From: Felis catus
Lineage: Eukaryota
Assembly (NCBI RefSeq): GCF_018350175.1
Contig: NC_058368.1
Location: 38,628,001-38,692,000, forward strand
Reading direction: 5' to 3'
Length of the DNA stretch: 64,000 nucleotides
The notes under the pieces are model-generated. The model made no database searches, had not been told where the DNA came from, and worked only from the letters and a program-made list of their open reading frames with translations. A program made the translations under genes and the position numbers. The stretch's first letter is position 1. Each line of letters opens with the position of its first letter. This document shows, piece by piece, positions 1 to 13,145 of this stretch.

Positions 1-989
1 AGACTTGTAAGGGGTCTCTTCAGTTCTCCACTGGAATTTGCTGACTGGACAAAGCATGTATTTGTGCTTGAGTCTGAATAAGATGAACACGTGTATCTGT
101 TTTCCTCCTGTTGCACTTCACTAATTTCCACTGACATAAAGTTATGCTTGTGTATCACATAATGCTCTTGTATTGGCAGTGGAGTAAGCCCCGTATTGCA
201 AATGTTCAGTGATGCACCAAGGTGTATATTGTCCTCTGTGTAACGTAATCTAGTTTCTGTAGGTTTAACAGTCCTTTGTTCATATATTGTAGGTGGTGTC
301 CAAGGTTGCATTGCTCAGCTATTTTTAAAGTTCACTTGAGGTTGATAATTAGGTTTTCTTTTTTTCCCTATTGATTTAAGTTAATAGCTTCTGAATATTT
401 TTATAAGACACCTACTTCAGTTAAGCAAGAGTAGTACCCACCTCATTGAACTTATATCCAAATCGAAAATTTTCCGTATGTTGAGTATGAGATTTATACC
501 CAAAAAGAACACATGATCCACAAATGTGTCTTTTTCATGGTGATATGATAATGATATGGTAACATTAATTGATATGGTAACATTAATCATTATACAGAGA
601 AAACACATGCAAACTTCAATATGCAAAAAATTATTTCAGAGTTTCCATTAGGAATGCCAGTAGTATAATGCTTAGCATAATATAATCCATTTACTTCCTT
701 TTAAAATAAACTCTAACAGAGAAACAGTTTCCCATGTTTTCATTTTAACTTTTTCTGAAATTTATTAGTATGACTTATGTATTTGAGATCATCAAACATG
801 TTTGGACTATTCAGCTTTTTAATAAAATTTTTTTCCTGTGTTATTAGATTACCTTAACTGTTTTTGAAATTATATTTTATAATTAGAAAGCTGCTATATA
901 CAAATTAGAAATATACATAACTGCATGTACCTGAACGTACCTGCCTGTAATATTCCAAATACTTAAATATATGTTAATATATTTTAATT

Positions 990-1510
990 TTTAAATGCCT
1001 ATTGGATATTCAAATGGAGATGTTGAGTATGAGATTAAATATCCACATCTGTAATTAAGAGGTGGGACCCTGGGAGGAGATATAAATTTGGGCATTCTCT
1101 GAGAATGATCACATCAACAAGTGAGTGTCACACATGAGAATGCCAAATGAGTGAGTACAGCTAGAAGATAGAACAACAGCTAGAAGATAGAAGAACAAGC
1201 CCTGGAGTACCCCAGACTTTAGAAGGGTAATTAGGAGGAACCAGCAGAGAAAGATGAGTTTCAGTGAGATAGAAAAAAGAAAAGCTAATAGTGTAGTATT
1301 CTGAAATTTAAAGGATATTTGAAGAAGAATTATCTGAAGTGTTAAATGATAATAACAGTCAACCAAGATTTGGCAATTGTTTTAACATGAATGGAGATGA
1401 TTGGCAAACTTGGTAATAGCAATTTCAATGGAGTGGTAAAGGGGATGCCTATTTGAAGTGAGTTTAAGTAATAATAGAGAAATTTGAAATAATATGGACA
1501 ACTTCTCAGA
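990..1510 (-). mobile_element. Degraded LINE-2 (L2) fragment
   Basis: Phrases typical of antisense L2, e.g. ggagatgttgagta, ggagatataaatttggg and gagtaccccagactttagaagg..gaggaaccagcagag; boundaries approximate. Confidence 0.6.
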
Positions 1511-1821
1511 GGTTTATATGATTGAAATACAATGATAAATCTAAATTTGATATAAATTATATATAATTTTTGTATTGTCCAAAAATGTTAATATAGTAAT
1601 TTCATTTGAGAAGTAAAAAAATACTACTCCTTTTTATGTAAAAATATAACAACATTCCCATAATACTCCAATATAGAATAAAATTTACTTAATAAAAATT
1701 TGAATGTGTTCATGTATTACATGGATTATCTAATTAAATTCTTAACACTCTACTGGATAGATACTACTTATTTTTAATATTGAACAATGTTATAATTGTG
1801 GTATTTAAAATGTACTGATAT

Positions 1822-2029
1822 GGGGTGCCTGGGTGGCTCAGTCGGTTAAGTGTCTGATTTGGGCTCAGGTTATGATCTCATGGTTTGTGAGTTCGAGCTC
1901 TGTGTTGGGCTCTCTGCTGACAGCTCCGAGCCTGGAGCCTGCCTCAGATTCTGTGTCTGTCTGTCTGTCTGTCTCTCTTTCTCTTTCCCCACTTGCTCAC
2001 GCTCTCTTTCTCAAAAATAAACATTAAAA
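1822..2029 (+). mobile_element. Can-SINE (tRNA-derived carnivore SINE)
   Basis: ggggtgcctgggtggctcag head, CT-rich tract, A-rich tail; TSD atttaaaatgtactga at 1803-1818 and 2030-2045. Confidence 0.95.
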
Positions 2030-2719
2030 ATTTAAAATGTACTGACACATTTTCAAATGTACTTCTGATTTTTTTAGAGGGTATCTCCCTCAGGGTATAG
2101 GGCTGGTCATGATATTTTCTCAAATGTACAAGCAATCTAAGACATTAATGAGAACACCCTTAGAAATTTTTTTAAGATAATACTACTACATTTTGAAAAT
2201 GGCTTATTTTTCATCTGTCATCAGATTTCAGTGGTTTACTGTCTCTTAAAAAATATGATGAACAATTCCAGGGGCACAAACCACATATAAGATTTTCAGA
2301 CATTCTAGTCTATCCTATTCAGCCTCTTGGTTTTTGGAAACTGTAAAAAATTAGAAGCAAACCTAGTGTAAGAAATGTAGTGCTCATCCAAAATGCCTAT
2401 ATTGGTATTAAATGAGAAAGCATGACGTAATCTATATAAAGGAAAATATTGTAATATCTCAAGTAGTTATTTTCAAAGAAGGTTTTTTTGTTTTAAATCC
2501 ATTCTCTTCTCTGTCAGTGAAAAGAAAAAAGAGTACTTCTCTGTGTTCTCAAAAAAGCTAAGAAAGTACAGGCTCCTTAAAGGAGGGTTGTAGAAGAAAA
2601 GAGTCATAGAATCTTTTCTAAATTTTTGAACTCACACTTGATAGATTTTGCTAATCTTCTTACAAGCAGATTCAAGAATCTAAGAGAAAAAAGTAAGTTC
2701 TTCTTCAATGAAATTATTT

Positions 2720-3292
2720 TTTATTTAAATTCCAGTTAGTTAACATACAGTGTAGTCTCAGGAATAGAACCCAGTGATTCATCTCTTATATATGACATCC
2801 AGGACTCATCCCCAAATGTTCCCTCCTTAATGCCCATCACCCATTTAATCCATCCCCCCACCTACCTCCCCTCTGGCAACCCTCAGTTCATCAGTCAGTG
2901 GACATTTGGGCACTTTGCATAATTTGGCTATTGTTGATAGCACTTCTGTAAACATTGGTCACATAGCATGTGACCCTTGAATCAGCATTTTTGTATCCTT
3001 TGAATAAATACATAGTAGTGTAATTGCTGGGTCTTGGGGTAGTTCTATTTTTAATTTGTCTAGGAACCTCCATACTTGTTCCACAGTGGCTGTACCAGTT
3101 TGCATTCCCACCAACCGTATAAAGGGGTTCCCTCTTTCTCCACATCCTCGCCAACATCTGTTGTTTCCTGAGTTGTTAATTTTAGCCATTCTGACTGGTG
3201 TGAGGTGGTATCTCATTGTGGTTTTGATTTGTATTTCCCTGATGATAAGTGATGTTGAGCATCTTCTCATGTGTCTGTTAGCCATCTGGATG
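2720..3292 (-). mobile_element. 5'-truncated LINE-1 (ORF2 C-terminus plus 3' UTR) with an internal deletion
   Basis: Minus [37 protein letters not shown] matches the ORF2 C-terminus; 18-bp TSD tcttcaatgaaattattt at 2702-2719 and 3293-3310. Confidence 0.93.
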
Positions 3293-5855
3293 TCTTCAAT
3301 GAAATTATTTAACTTTGGGTTCTGCTTTTCTTGTCAAAGGCATAGCTAGAGAGATTTTGATTGGAGCTAATTAGGCCAGAAGGCTTAAAGGATATCACTG
3401 GTTGAAACTCTAGATTTTTAAGTTTAGATTCTGTTTTACTCAGGGATTTGAAGTGTCTAATTCTCTCAGGACTAAAGTGACTAAGATAATGCCATCTTTG
3501 TCAATATGAACAGATTTATTCACATTTATAGAAAATCATGTAACAAAAAGTAAATATCAGAAAACAATAAATGTTTCATGGGAGATAAGCCCTAATATGT
3601 AAACAATGATCAAGAAATTATTCATTGCTCCATCATGTATAAATAGAAAAAAAAATTGAGAAAAATTTCACAAAAATTTTGAGCTTGAGGGTTTTGATTC
3701 ATTGTACAGATAAGACCATAGTGAGCTCAATTTTCAAATAAAGAAAAGAATCAGGGTTCAGAAATCAAGGGTACATAATCGGGTAGGGGAGGAGAGTACA
3801 AAGAATAAAGATTCTTTAAACAGAAAATTAAATTAGGGAAGGTATACTAACATTTCAGATTATATACCAAGAATGGTGGTATTTTAATGAATGATATTCA
3901 TGCAATAAACTGGAAATCCATGAGCAAGGAGTAATAGCTACAGATTCCATCTTAGCTTTATGGTGAGTGTGTCATGATGTGACTTCTCAATGATAAGGGA
4001 AAACTTGTAAAGTTTAGAAATGTCATTTCTCTTTCCCTCGCACCCTGGCATAAATTATGCTTTAAATGATTATAAAGGTGTTATTAAATTCAATTCCAAT
4101 GTGGGATATTCTGCCATCAAGTAAAAATAAAATTCTCTTCATAATGACCTGATGATAAAAAAATCAGTTAAACTCCAGATCTATGTTAATATTAACATTC
4201 TATTTTCAGTAGAAAATGCCGTCTTCCCAGTTGTCACTTTTCATTCCCTTTTTTTCACCTATTCGTCCTACTTTTGTGTAATTACATATGTACAGAGCTG
4301 TTTTATCTACTTAGTTATGATCTCATATAAATAAACTAACCAGGTCCTATGTATCTTTGTATTCTAAACCTTATCCTGTAAAACACCTATGACATTTTAC
4401 TAAAAGTTTAAATATATAAAAGTGGCATCAGCAAAATGGTGGAACTTCAAAATCCTGTTCTTCCAGAGAAACATTGAAGAACAAGCAGAAGATTTCAGAA
4501 ATAATTTTTCAGACCTCCAGATAACAGTCAAAGGTTTGTGTCAGGAGAGTGAATATTGAAACATAAAAGGGCAACTTTAACGTGTTAAAGAAATTTCTGC
4601 CAAAACACTAGCTTTTGAAAAGGAACAGCTTTTTTGTGACCACATATGATAAAGAATACAACCTTTACAAAAAGCGTTAGAAAAGTCACTGAACAAAAGA
4701 ATGACAGCAGTCTTCCAGAATCCAAGAGAGTAAATAAACTCTGGGGACAGAGGAGGATCTGATTTCCAGAGTTACTATATTACAATATCAGTTTTCAACA
4801 GAAAATTGGAGGGCATACATAGAAAAGTATGATTCATTCAGAGGAATGAAATTAGTTGACAGAAATTGTCCCTATAGAAGCTCAGAAAATTGACTTACTC
4901 TGCTAAAAGATGTAATCAACTATCTTAAATCTGCTCAAGGAGCTAAAAGAGACCAGAAAATGATGTTGGAACAAAATGAGAATATTAATAAAGAGAAGTT
5001 ATAAAAAGAAATACAAATTATGGGGCTCATAAGTAGAAAAAACTGAAATTTACTAGACAGATTTGACTATAGATTTTATTAGGCAGAATAAAAGACAAAT
5101 TTTTTGATAGGACAATTGAAATTTTTCTGAGGAGACAAAAAATAAAAACAAACTCAACAAAAAAACAAAAAAAAAATGAAAAGTGAACAGACCCTCTGGG
5201 ACCTGTATGGCATCATCAAGAAGACCAGCATATGTATCATACAATCACTGAAGGAGAAGAAATAAAGAAGGAGAAAGACTGTTTAAAGAAATCAAGGCCA
5301 AAAATGTTCCAAATTTTTAAAATACATGAATCTATACATGTAAGAATTACAATGAAATGCATGCTAAAATAAAACTGTGCTGAAGCACATTATGATCATA
5401 TTGCTGAAAAACAAAATGAGAGAGTCTTGAAAGTGGCAAGGGAGAGGTTCTTTATCGAAAGATAGAGATTGGCATAATGGATTTCAAAAATTATCTGACT
5501 ATGTGCTGTCTACAAGAGCTCACCTTTAGATCCAAATATACCAATAGGTTGAAATGAAAGGATAGAAAAAAATAATTTATACAGATAGTAACCAAATAGA
5601 GTGACTATACTAATATAATACAACAACTTTTTACCATAAGTAAAACTATTACAAGAGACCAAAAGATATTTTTTGGTAAGGAGGTCACTTCATTAAGAAG
5701 ACATAACAATTAAAAACATATATGCACCAAACAACACAGTCCTAAAACATACAAAGAAAACAATGGAGAAATAGTTTTATGATGATACTTGTATGCTCCA
5801 CTTTCCATGATGGATGGAACATCTAAAACAGAAAGACAATTAAGAGAGAATTTGA

Positions 5856-6066
5856 GGGGTGCCTGGGTGGCCCAGTCAGTTACACATCAGACTCTTGATT
5901 TTGGCTTACGTCATGATCTTGCAGTTCATGAGATTGAGCCCCTTGTCGGGTTCTGCACCAACAGTGTGAAGCCTGCTTGGGAATCTCTGCCCCTTCCCCA
6001 TGTGCGTGCATGTGCCTGCCCTCCCTCCTTCTCTCTCTGTCTCTCAAAATGAAAAACCTTAAAGAA
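5856..6066 (+). mobile_element. Can-SINE nested in the old L1
   Basis: SINE head, body and tail; TSD agagaatttga at 5845-5855 and 6067-6077. Confidence 0.92.
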
Positions 6067-6362
6067 AGAGAATTTGAATAACACTAGACATAATAGACAT
6101 ATAGAACACTAAAGCTAACAACTCTAGAATACACATCCTTCTTATATCCATACCAGTGTTCAAGGTAAACCATATTTCATGTCAGAAAATAAGTATTAAT
6201 TTAAAAAGATTGAAATCAGATAAAGTGTCTTCTCCAAATAAAAGGGATGAAGCTCGAAATGAATAACCAAAGAAAAATTGGAAAATTCACAATTGTAGGG
6301 TAATTAAACAACATGTCCTTAATTAGTGGATGAAGAAATAAGGATATTAGATAATATCTACA

Positions 6363-6570
6363 TGGGTAAAATGGGTGAAGAGGACTAAGAGGTACAGTCT
6401 TCCAATTATAAAAAACATCATGGGGATTAAAAGTAGAGAATAGAGAATACAGTCAGTAATACTGTAATACATTTATTGTGAGCAATTCATAATGTATATA
6501 ATTATTGAATCAATATGTTGTGTATCTGAAATTAATACATTTCAACAAAACAATTAAAAAATAGTAAATA
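6363..6570 (+). mobile_element. Short L1 3'-end (L1MA/L1_Carn-like) inserted in the old L1
   Basis: aaaatgggtgaag...gaggtaca..cttccaattata...gaatcaatatgttgtgtatctgaaattaat 3' UTR signature followed by an A-rich tail. Confidence 0.65.
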
Positions 6571-7014
6571 GCAGAAAATGGGTTAACTGGTGCACACACA
6601 CACACACACGAGCCTATTTAAAAGTCTAAAGGAATAAGTGAGTGACAATAAAAAAATTAATAAACCAAAGAAATCAACTTTCTGGTGACAAAATAAAACA
6701 CTACAGATGAATAAAAACAAAACATTAAAACTTATAAGATGCAGTGAAAACAGTTCTCAGGGGGAAATGTATACCGATATACCCATACTTTAAAAAATCT
6801 CAAATCAACTTAAATTTATACCTTCACAAACTAGAAAAAGAACAAAATCGCAGTGGATAAAAACGAAGTAAATAGAAAAATAACAAAGAATTGATGATAC
6901 CCAAAATTGGTTCTTTGAAAATATAAACAAAATTGGCGAATCTTTAGCTAAACTGTAAAGTAAATAAATAAGTAAAATAAACAGGAAAAATACAAATTTT
7001 TAAAATCAGAGCTA

Positions 7015-7224
7015 GGGGTGCCTGGGTGGCTCAGTTGGTTGGGCGTCTGACTTCAGCTCAGGTCACGATCTCACGGTCCGTGATTTTGAGCCCCGCGTCG
7101 GGCTCTGGGCTGATGGCTCAGAGCCTGGCGCCTGCTTCCGATTCTGTGTCTCCCTCTCTCTCTACCCCTCCCCTGTTCATGCTCTGTCTCTGTCTCAAAA
7201 ATAAATAAACGTTAAAAAAAATTT
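7015..7224 (+). mobile_element. Felid Can-SINE (SINEC_Fc type)
   Basis: Full body with gggctgatggctcagagcc; TSD aaatcagagct at 7003-7013 and 7225-7235. Confidence 0.95.
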
Positions 7225-8389
7225 AAATCAGAGCTGATCTTTAAAAGTTTATAGGAGGATTGGGTTAGAGAATAAATGAGTTGGTTGTAAAAATAAATAA
7301 TTAGAACCTGAGGTTACAATTTGAATGGGAATCAGCAACACAATATTTTAAATTGCATATCATATCTTTATTAAAGTTTTCCAATTCATGATCTTCAACA
7401 AATCTTAGAGTTTCTTGGGTTCTCAAAGAGTAATGTTCTTCACTATGCTTTTGTGGTGCATAACCTTGGGTAAACTTAGAAATCTCTTCATCTTGTAAGT
7501 AACAGGAATATCTTCTTCATCCATGATGATAAAATTTTTAAATTTGGGGGAACTGTTGGTAATCTCAAGAAAATCCCATTTTTCTTCTCCTCTTGGCTAA
7601 TCTCTAGATTTTTTTTCCTGTTTCATACATACTCTTGGCATTTTCAACCAAGCCATTCTAAGGCATATCTAAAGTTTTATCTCTTTGAAAAGCTGCATTA
7701 CAGTGTTCTTTGTAAAAAAAAAAAAAAAGAAAAAAAAAAAAGTCCTAGTAGGCTTTATAGTAATGAGTCTCTGCTGGTCATATTACCTAAAAATTTTAAG
7801 GGCCATGTACAAATAACTAATTTTGTGTGTTCTTTCACAGATGAGCACAGTTTTGAAAATCAGCATGTACTCACTGCAAATTCCTGTTATAATTCAAAGA
7901 TACATCATATGGACACTGTTTTTATTTTAAGCAGGAATATATTAGGAAATCAGTATGCAGCTGTTATAAATTGAACTAAATATCATGTTCCTCAATAGCC
8001 ATCATATTACCTAATGTCTAAAAGTTCACAGTACTTATCGTCATGGCTAATAATAACATTTGTGAGGAACATCTATCTTAATATCTCATATTTAATTATG
8101 AAATCATAATCATTTTAACTCTTGCCTGTTGAGATCTTGTCCAACTTATTTTATAAAAGAGACTTTTATGACTCAAATTTTTTCATTCTGATGGCTAAGT
8201 TAATAAAGTATGAAGAAGTACTATTAGAGGGATTTTTAGTGTAAAGAGAAATGACTGAACTACTTTTAGACCAGATTAACCATAAAACCCAAGAAGCAAG
8301 TATTCTTACTTAAATCGTTAAATTCATTTTTACTTCTAGGTTTGTGTTAAAAAAATTAGAGTAAGCATTAATGAAAACGTAATCTGGTT

Positions 8390-8593
8390 CTGAGTCCAGC
8401 AAACGTTCTCTGTAGAGGGCTGGATGGTAAACAGGCCATGCAACTTCTGATAGAGCTATTCGACTCTGCCATTGTAGCATGAAAGCAATCACAGGCATAT
8501 AAAAAGGAATGAGTGTGGCTCTGTTCCAATAAAAATTTATTTATAAAACTGGATAAGCTGAATTTGGCCAATGGGCCACATTGCTGACACCTG
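8390..8593. mobile_element. MER58A-like hAT-Charlie DNA transposon fossil
   Basis: cagcaaac..ctgtagagggc...ctctgccattgtagcatgaaagca...tgttccaataaaaatttattta...tttggcc..gggcc..tgctgacacctg follows the recalled MER58A consensus. Confidence 0.8.
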
Positions 8594-8747
8594 ATTTAGT
8601 GCTCTGTAGGATAATTATGATTTAAGTATAAAGAAGACTCCTTAACATATTGAGTCCATAGGGATTAACATATTATAAGTTATTGATCTGACTTTAGATG
8701 ACTCAAAGTAAATTTTTCTTTTTGCATATATTAACTAAAGACTTTTA

Positions 8748-8972
8748 TTCTTTTTTAATTATTTTTTTTCAACGTTTATTTATTTTTGGGACAGAGAGAG
8801 ACAGAGCATGAACGGGGGAGGGGCAGAGAGAGAGGGAGACACAGAATCGGAAACAGGCTCCAGGCTCTGAGCCATCAGCCCAGAGCCCGACGCGGGGCTC
8901 GAACTCACGGACCGCGAGATCATGACCTGGCTGAAGTCGGACGCTTAACCGACTGCGCCACCCAGGCGCCCC
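8748..8972 (-). mobile_element. Young felid SINE (SINEC_Fc)
   Basis: CpG-intact full-length copy; TSD aaagactttta at 8737-8747 and 8974-8984. Confidence 0.97.
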
Positions 8973-9794
8973 AAAAGACTTTTAAGTACGTTATCTCAAT
9001 TGAGTCCAAGACCAAGTCTATGGCCTAAAATTATTAAGCAATTCTTATTAAATACAGTTAAGTATTTCTTTTACTTTGTTCTGTGTTTAGATATCCTCCA
9101 GTTTATCTTTCATGTTAACTTATTAAAATATTTTAGTGTTAAGGTGAGCCTGGATAGTTGGCCTATTTTTTTTAACTTTTTTTTTTTTTTTTTTTGTAAT
9201 TCAGACTTACTTGTATGTGAAACTGATGGCTGGGACTGATGTACTCATATGGTTAATAAGCAGTTTACTGCTATGGATAATAAGCAAAGGCAAATTGCTC
9301 CAATCTACCACATCTTAAAGGGTCATCTTTGCATTAGTAGATTCATAAAGTCAGCATACGGTTTCTGTAAAATTATTGTTTTAAAAATATTTTTGAACAA
9401 CTCTTTTCTGTTCAGTGCTGAGACAGATGTAAGGATTAGTGACCTATGCATCTCCTTGTGGATGTTGGTAGTCATTGTATGCCAGTCACTGTGAGTACTT
9501 TGGGAGGCTTCTGTGGAAGTAACCAAGTAACCTATGGCTCTGTGCACATTTTAGAAGCTCATTCTTCACTAATATATTAAAATCGAGCACTAGATTTTCC
9601 ATCTGTCCTGGAGATTTTCCAAGGTAGACAGCATGCCACTAGTAATTTTCTCCATTCCTCACATTAATGGAATAATGATGACTTTTCAAAGAGTTGCCTT
9701 TACTACCTAATGTCTTCTCCTGAAAGCTCCTTTAACTTCCTCTTCTTCCTGCTTCTAATACTCCTCCTGCCCATGTTTCTCTTCTTGTCTTGTC

Positions 9795-9795
9795 T

Positions 9796-9875
<80 letters not shown>

Positions 9876-9996
9876 TTTCTTTCCTTCCTTCCTTCCTTCC
9901 TTCCTTCCTTCCTTCCTTCCTTCCTTCCTTCCTTCCTTCCTTCCCTCTTCTCTTCTCTTCTCTTCTCTTCTCTTCTCTTCTCTTCTCTTCTCTTCT
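9795..9996. repeat. Compound microsatellite (TTTC)n(TTCC)n(CTCTT)n
   Basis: Directly visible ~200-bp pyrimidine tract. Confidence 0.98.
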
Positions 9997-10408
9997 AAAA
10001 ATGTTCATTTTCTTACAGCTATTAAATGGATATGTCCCTTTTCTACTAGAGATATCATTAAAAGAGAACAGAGTATGGTTAAAATGAGAACAGAGTATGG
10101 TTAAAATATCAATACACATGCTATGAAATGATAAATCTTGAGAAATTACTGTCACATGGAATGAAACAATTACGTTTTTTTAACCAACGTGTCTATTTGA
10201 GCATTGGCAATATGTTAGCATTTACTTAAAAACCTGAATAACCTAAACTAATAATTAAATATCTTTTATATTGCCAGTTTCAAGCTAAAGAAAATCTTGA
10301 TCTTTAGTATTAATTTTGCATTACATTTTTAAATGCTTATATTTATCATCTATCACAGAATGTAAAAATTGAATAAGTTTCTTGATTAAAAAAAAACCAG
10401 ATGAATGA

Positions 10409-12524
10409 AAAATAATAAAAGCCATATATGAAAAACTCACAGTTAACATCATACTCAGTGGTGAAAAACTGAGAGCTTTACCCCTAAGATCAGGAACAGG
10501 ACAATGATGTCCACTCTCACCACTTTTATGTAGCATTGTTCTGGAAATCATAGCTGCAGCAATCAGACAACAAAAGAAATGAAAGGCATTTAAATTAGTA
10601 AGGAAGAAGTGAAACTTTCACTGTTTGCAGATGATATGAAACTCTATATAGAAAACCTAAAAGATTCCACCAAAAGTCTACTAGAACTGATAAACGAATT
10701 CAGTAAAGTTGCAGGATACAAAATCTGTGTATAAATCTTTGCATTTCTATACACTAATCAGCAGAAAGAGAAATTAAGAGAAGGACCCCATTTATAATTG
10801 CATCAAAAATAATGAGACCCCTAGGAATAAACCTAACCAAACAGGTGAAAAACTATGCTCTGAAAACTATAAAACATTGATAAAAGAAATTTAAGATGAC
10901 ACAAATGGAAAGACATTCTATGTTCATGATTGGAAGAACAAATATTGTTAAAATGTCCATCTTATCCAAAGCAATCTACAGGTTTAAAGCAATCCCTATC
11001 AAAATACCAACAGCATTTTTCACAGAGCTTGAGCAAACAGTTCTAAAATGTGCATGGAACCACAAGAGACCCTGAGTAGCCAAAGCAATCTTGAAAAAGA
11101 AAACCATGATACTGGATTATGATACTGGAGGTATCATAATCTCATATTTCAAAATACACTACAAAGCTGTAGTAATCAAAGCAATATGGTGCAGGCACAA
11201 AATAGGCATATAGATCAATACAACAGAATAGAGAGTCCAGAAATAAACCCACAGTTACATGGCCAATGAATCTTTGACAAAGGAGTCAAGAATATGCAGT
11301 GGGAAAAAGACAGTCTCTTCAACAAGTGATATTGGGTAAACTGGACCACTATCTTACACCATACACAAAAACTCAAAATGGGCTGAAGACCTAAATGTGA
11401 GACCTGAAACTGTAACAATCTTAGAAGAGAGCAAGGCATTAATTTATTCTAACATGGGCTGTAACAACATATTTCTAGATATGTCTCTGGAAGCAAGGGA
11501 AACAGAAAAATAAATTATTGGGACTAGGTCAAAATAAAAAGGTTCTGCATAGTGAAGGAAATAATCACCAAAACTAAAAGGCAACCTACAGAATGGAAAA
11601 ATATATCTGAGAATGACATATCTGATAAAGAGATGGTATCCAAAAAATATAAAGAACTTATCAAATGCAACACCCCAAAACCAAATAATCCAACTAAAAA
11701 TGGGCAGAAGACATGAAAAGACATTTTCCAAAGAAGACATCCAGATGCCCAACAGATACATGAAAAGATATTCAACATCAGGGCAAATCAGTGCTACAGT
11801 GAGCTATCACCTCACACCTATCAGAATGGCTAAAATAAAAAATACAAGACATGAGTTGGAGAGGATTAGAGAAAAAGGAACCCTCATACACTGTTCGTGG
11901 GAATGCAAACTGCTGCAACCACTGAGGAAAACAGTATGGTGATTCTTCAAGAATTTAAAAATAGACTACCCTATGATCCAGTAATTCCACTACTGGGCAA
12001 TTACCCAAAGAGTAGGAAAACACTAATTCCAAAGCATACCTGCACCCCTATGTTTATTGCATCACTATTTACAATAGCCAAATTATGGAAGCAGCCCAAG
12101 TGTCCATTGATAGATGAAGAGACAAAGAAGAGGCGGTGTGTGTGTATGTGTGCATGTATAATGGAATATTATTCAGCCATAAAAAATGAATTCTTGCCAT
12201 TTGCTACAACATGGATAGAGCTAGAAGGTATAATGTTAAGTGAAATAAGTCAATCAGAGTAAGACAAATACCATATGTTTTCACTCATATTGAAATTTAA
12301 GGCAAAAACATACAAAGGAAAAAAGACAAAACACAGACTCTTTACTGTATAGAACAAACTTATGGTTATCAGAGGGGATGTGGGGGTGGGTGGGTGAAAC
12401 AGTGATGGGGATTGAACATACACTTATGATGAGCACTGAGTAATGTATAAAATTGCTGAATTGCTATATTATACACCCGAAAATAATATGATGTTAACTA
12501 TACTGGAATTAAAATAAAAAACTT
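10409..12524 (+). mobile_element. 5'-truncated carnivore LINE-1 (RT through 3' UTR), degraded
   Basis: tttgcagatgatatg (FADDM) near 10624, ORF2 C-terminal remnants, 3' UTR and A-rich tail; degraded TSD cagatg(a/c)atga near 10398 and 12528. Confidence 0.93.
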
Positions 12525-12804
12525 AAACAGATGCATGAGACATGATATTTTAACTCATTTACTATTTTTGCATATGATAATTTGGTAAAGTGAAGGTAAC
12601 ATTTTAAAAAAGCATTATCTGAATGTATTTACTGTTTTCAGTAACATGGATGGAAAAAAAAATTCTACCAGCAAAATCAGTACTATATTATTTCTATAAA
12701 GTGAATACATATAAAAACAATTTCTAGGAATGACTGATTTTCCAAAATTCATACATTCTTTAAATGCTTTTATATACTTAGAGATATCTTAGATAAGTAA
12801 ACAT

Positions 12805-12992
12805 ACCTCTTTGCATGTCGTCTTCTGCTTATAAGGGCAGCAGTTATGTTGGATTGGGGTCTGCCCTACTGACCACAGCTTAATTGATTACATCTGCACA
12901 GACCCCTTTTCCAAGTAAGGTCGCATTCATAGGTTCCAGGAGTTAAAACTTACATGCATCTTTTTTGGAGGATGCAACTCAACACCTAAAAC
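12805..12992 (-). mobile_element. MLT1 (ERVL-MaLR) LTR fragment
   Basis: cttataaggg..gttggattgggg..gattacatctgcacagaccc..tccaagtaaggtcgcattc...caactcaacacc matches antisense MLT1A/B-type LTRs. Confidence 0.75.
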
Positions 12993-13019
12993 AGCCTATG
13001 AGAAAGCATTGTATTTAAA

Positions 13020-13145
13020 ACTTATTATTTACTTTTTTGTAGACAAGGAAACAGAGGCTTGGAACACTTCAATAATTTACCAAGGTCATATATTAAATAA
13101 GTAGCAAGGCTGCGTTTTGAAGCCAGACAGCTGGGCTCCAGAATG
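13020..13145 (-). mobile_element. MIR SINE fragment
   Basis: tagacaaggaaacagaggctt...ccaaggtcata...ttgaagccagacag..ctccaga MIR core. Confidence 0.75.

Larger units (their letters stand above)
4420..6960 (+). mobile_element. Ancient L1M-type LINE-1 (5' region, ORF1 and ORF2 endonuclease remnants), interrupted by younger inserts
   Basis: Degenerate EN motif tgctgtctacaagag (CCLQE) near 5505, tatgcaccaaac, and ggttctttgaaaa near 6910; A-rich plus strand. Confidence 0.75.

Noticed and set aside
1822..1900. tRNA-like A/B boxes
   Set aside because: SINE heads derived from tRNA; no cloverleaf tRNA gene seen anywhere in the window.
9703..10155. ORFs of 104-150 aa with low-complexity K/E/R or F/L/S sequence
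   Set aside because: Translations of the microsatellite.
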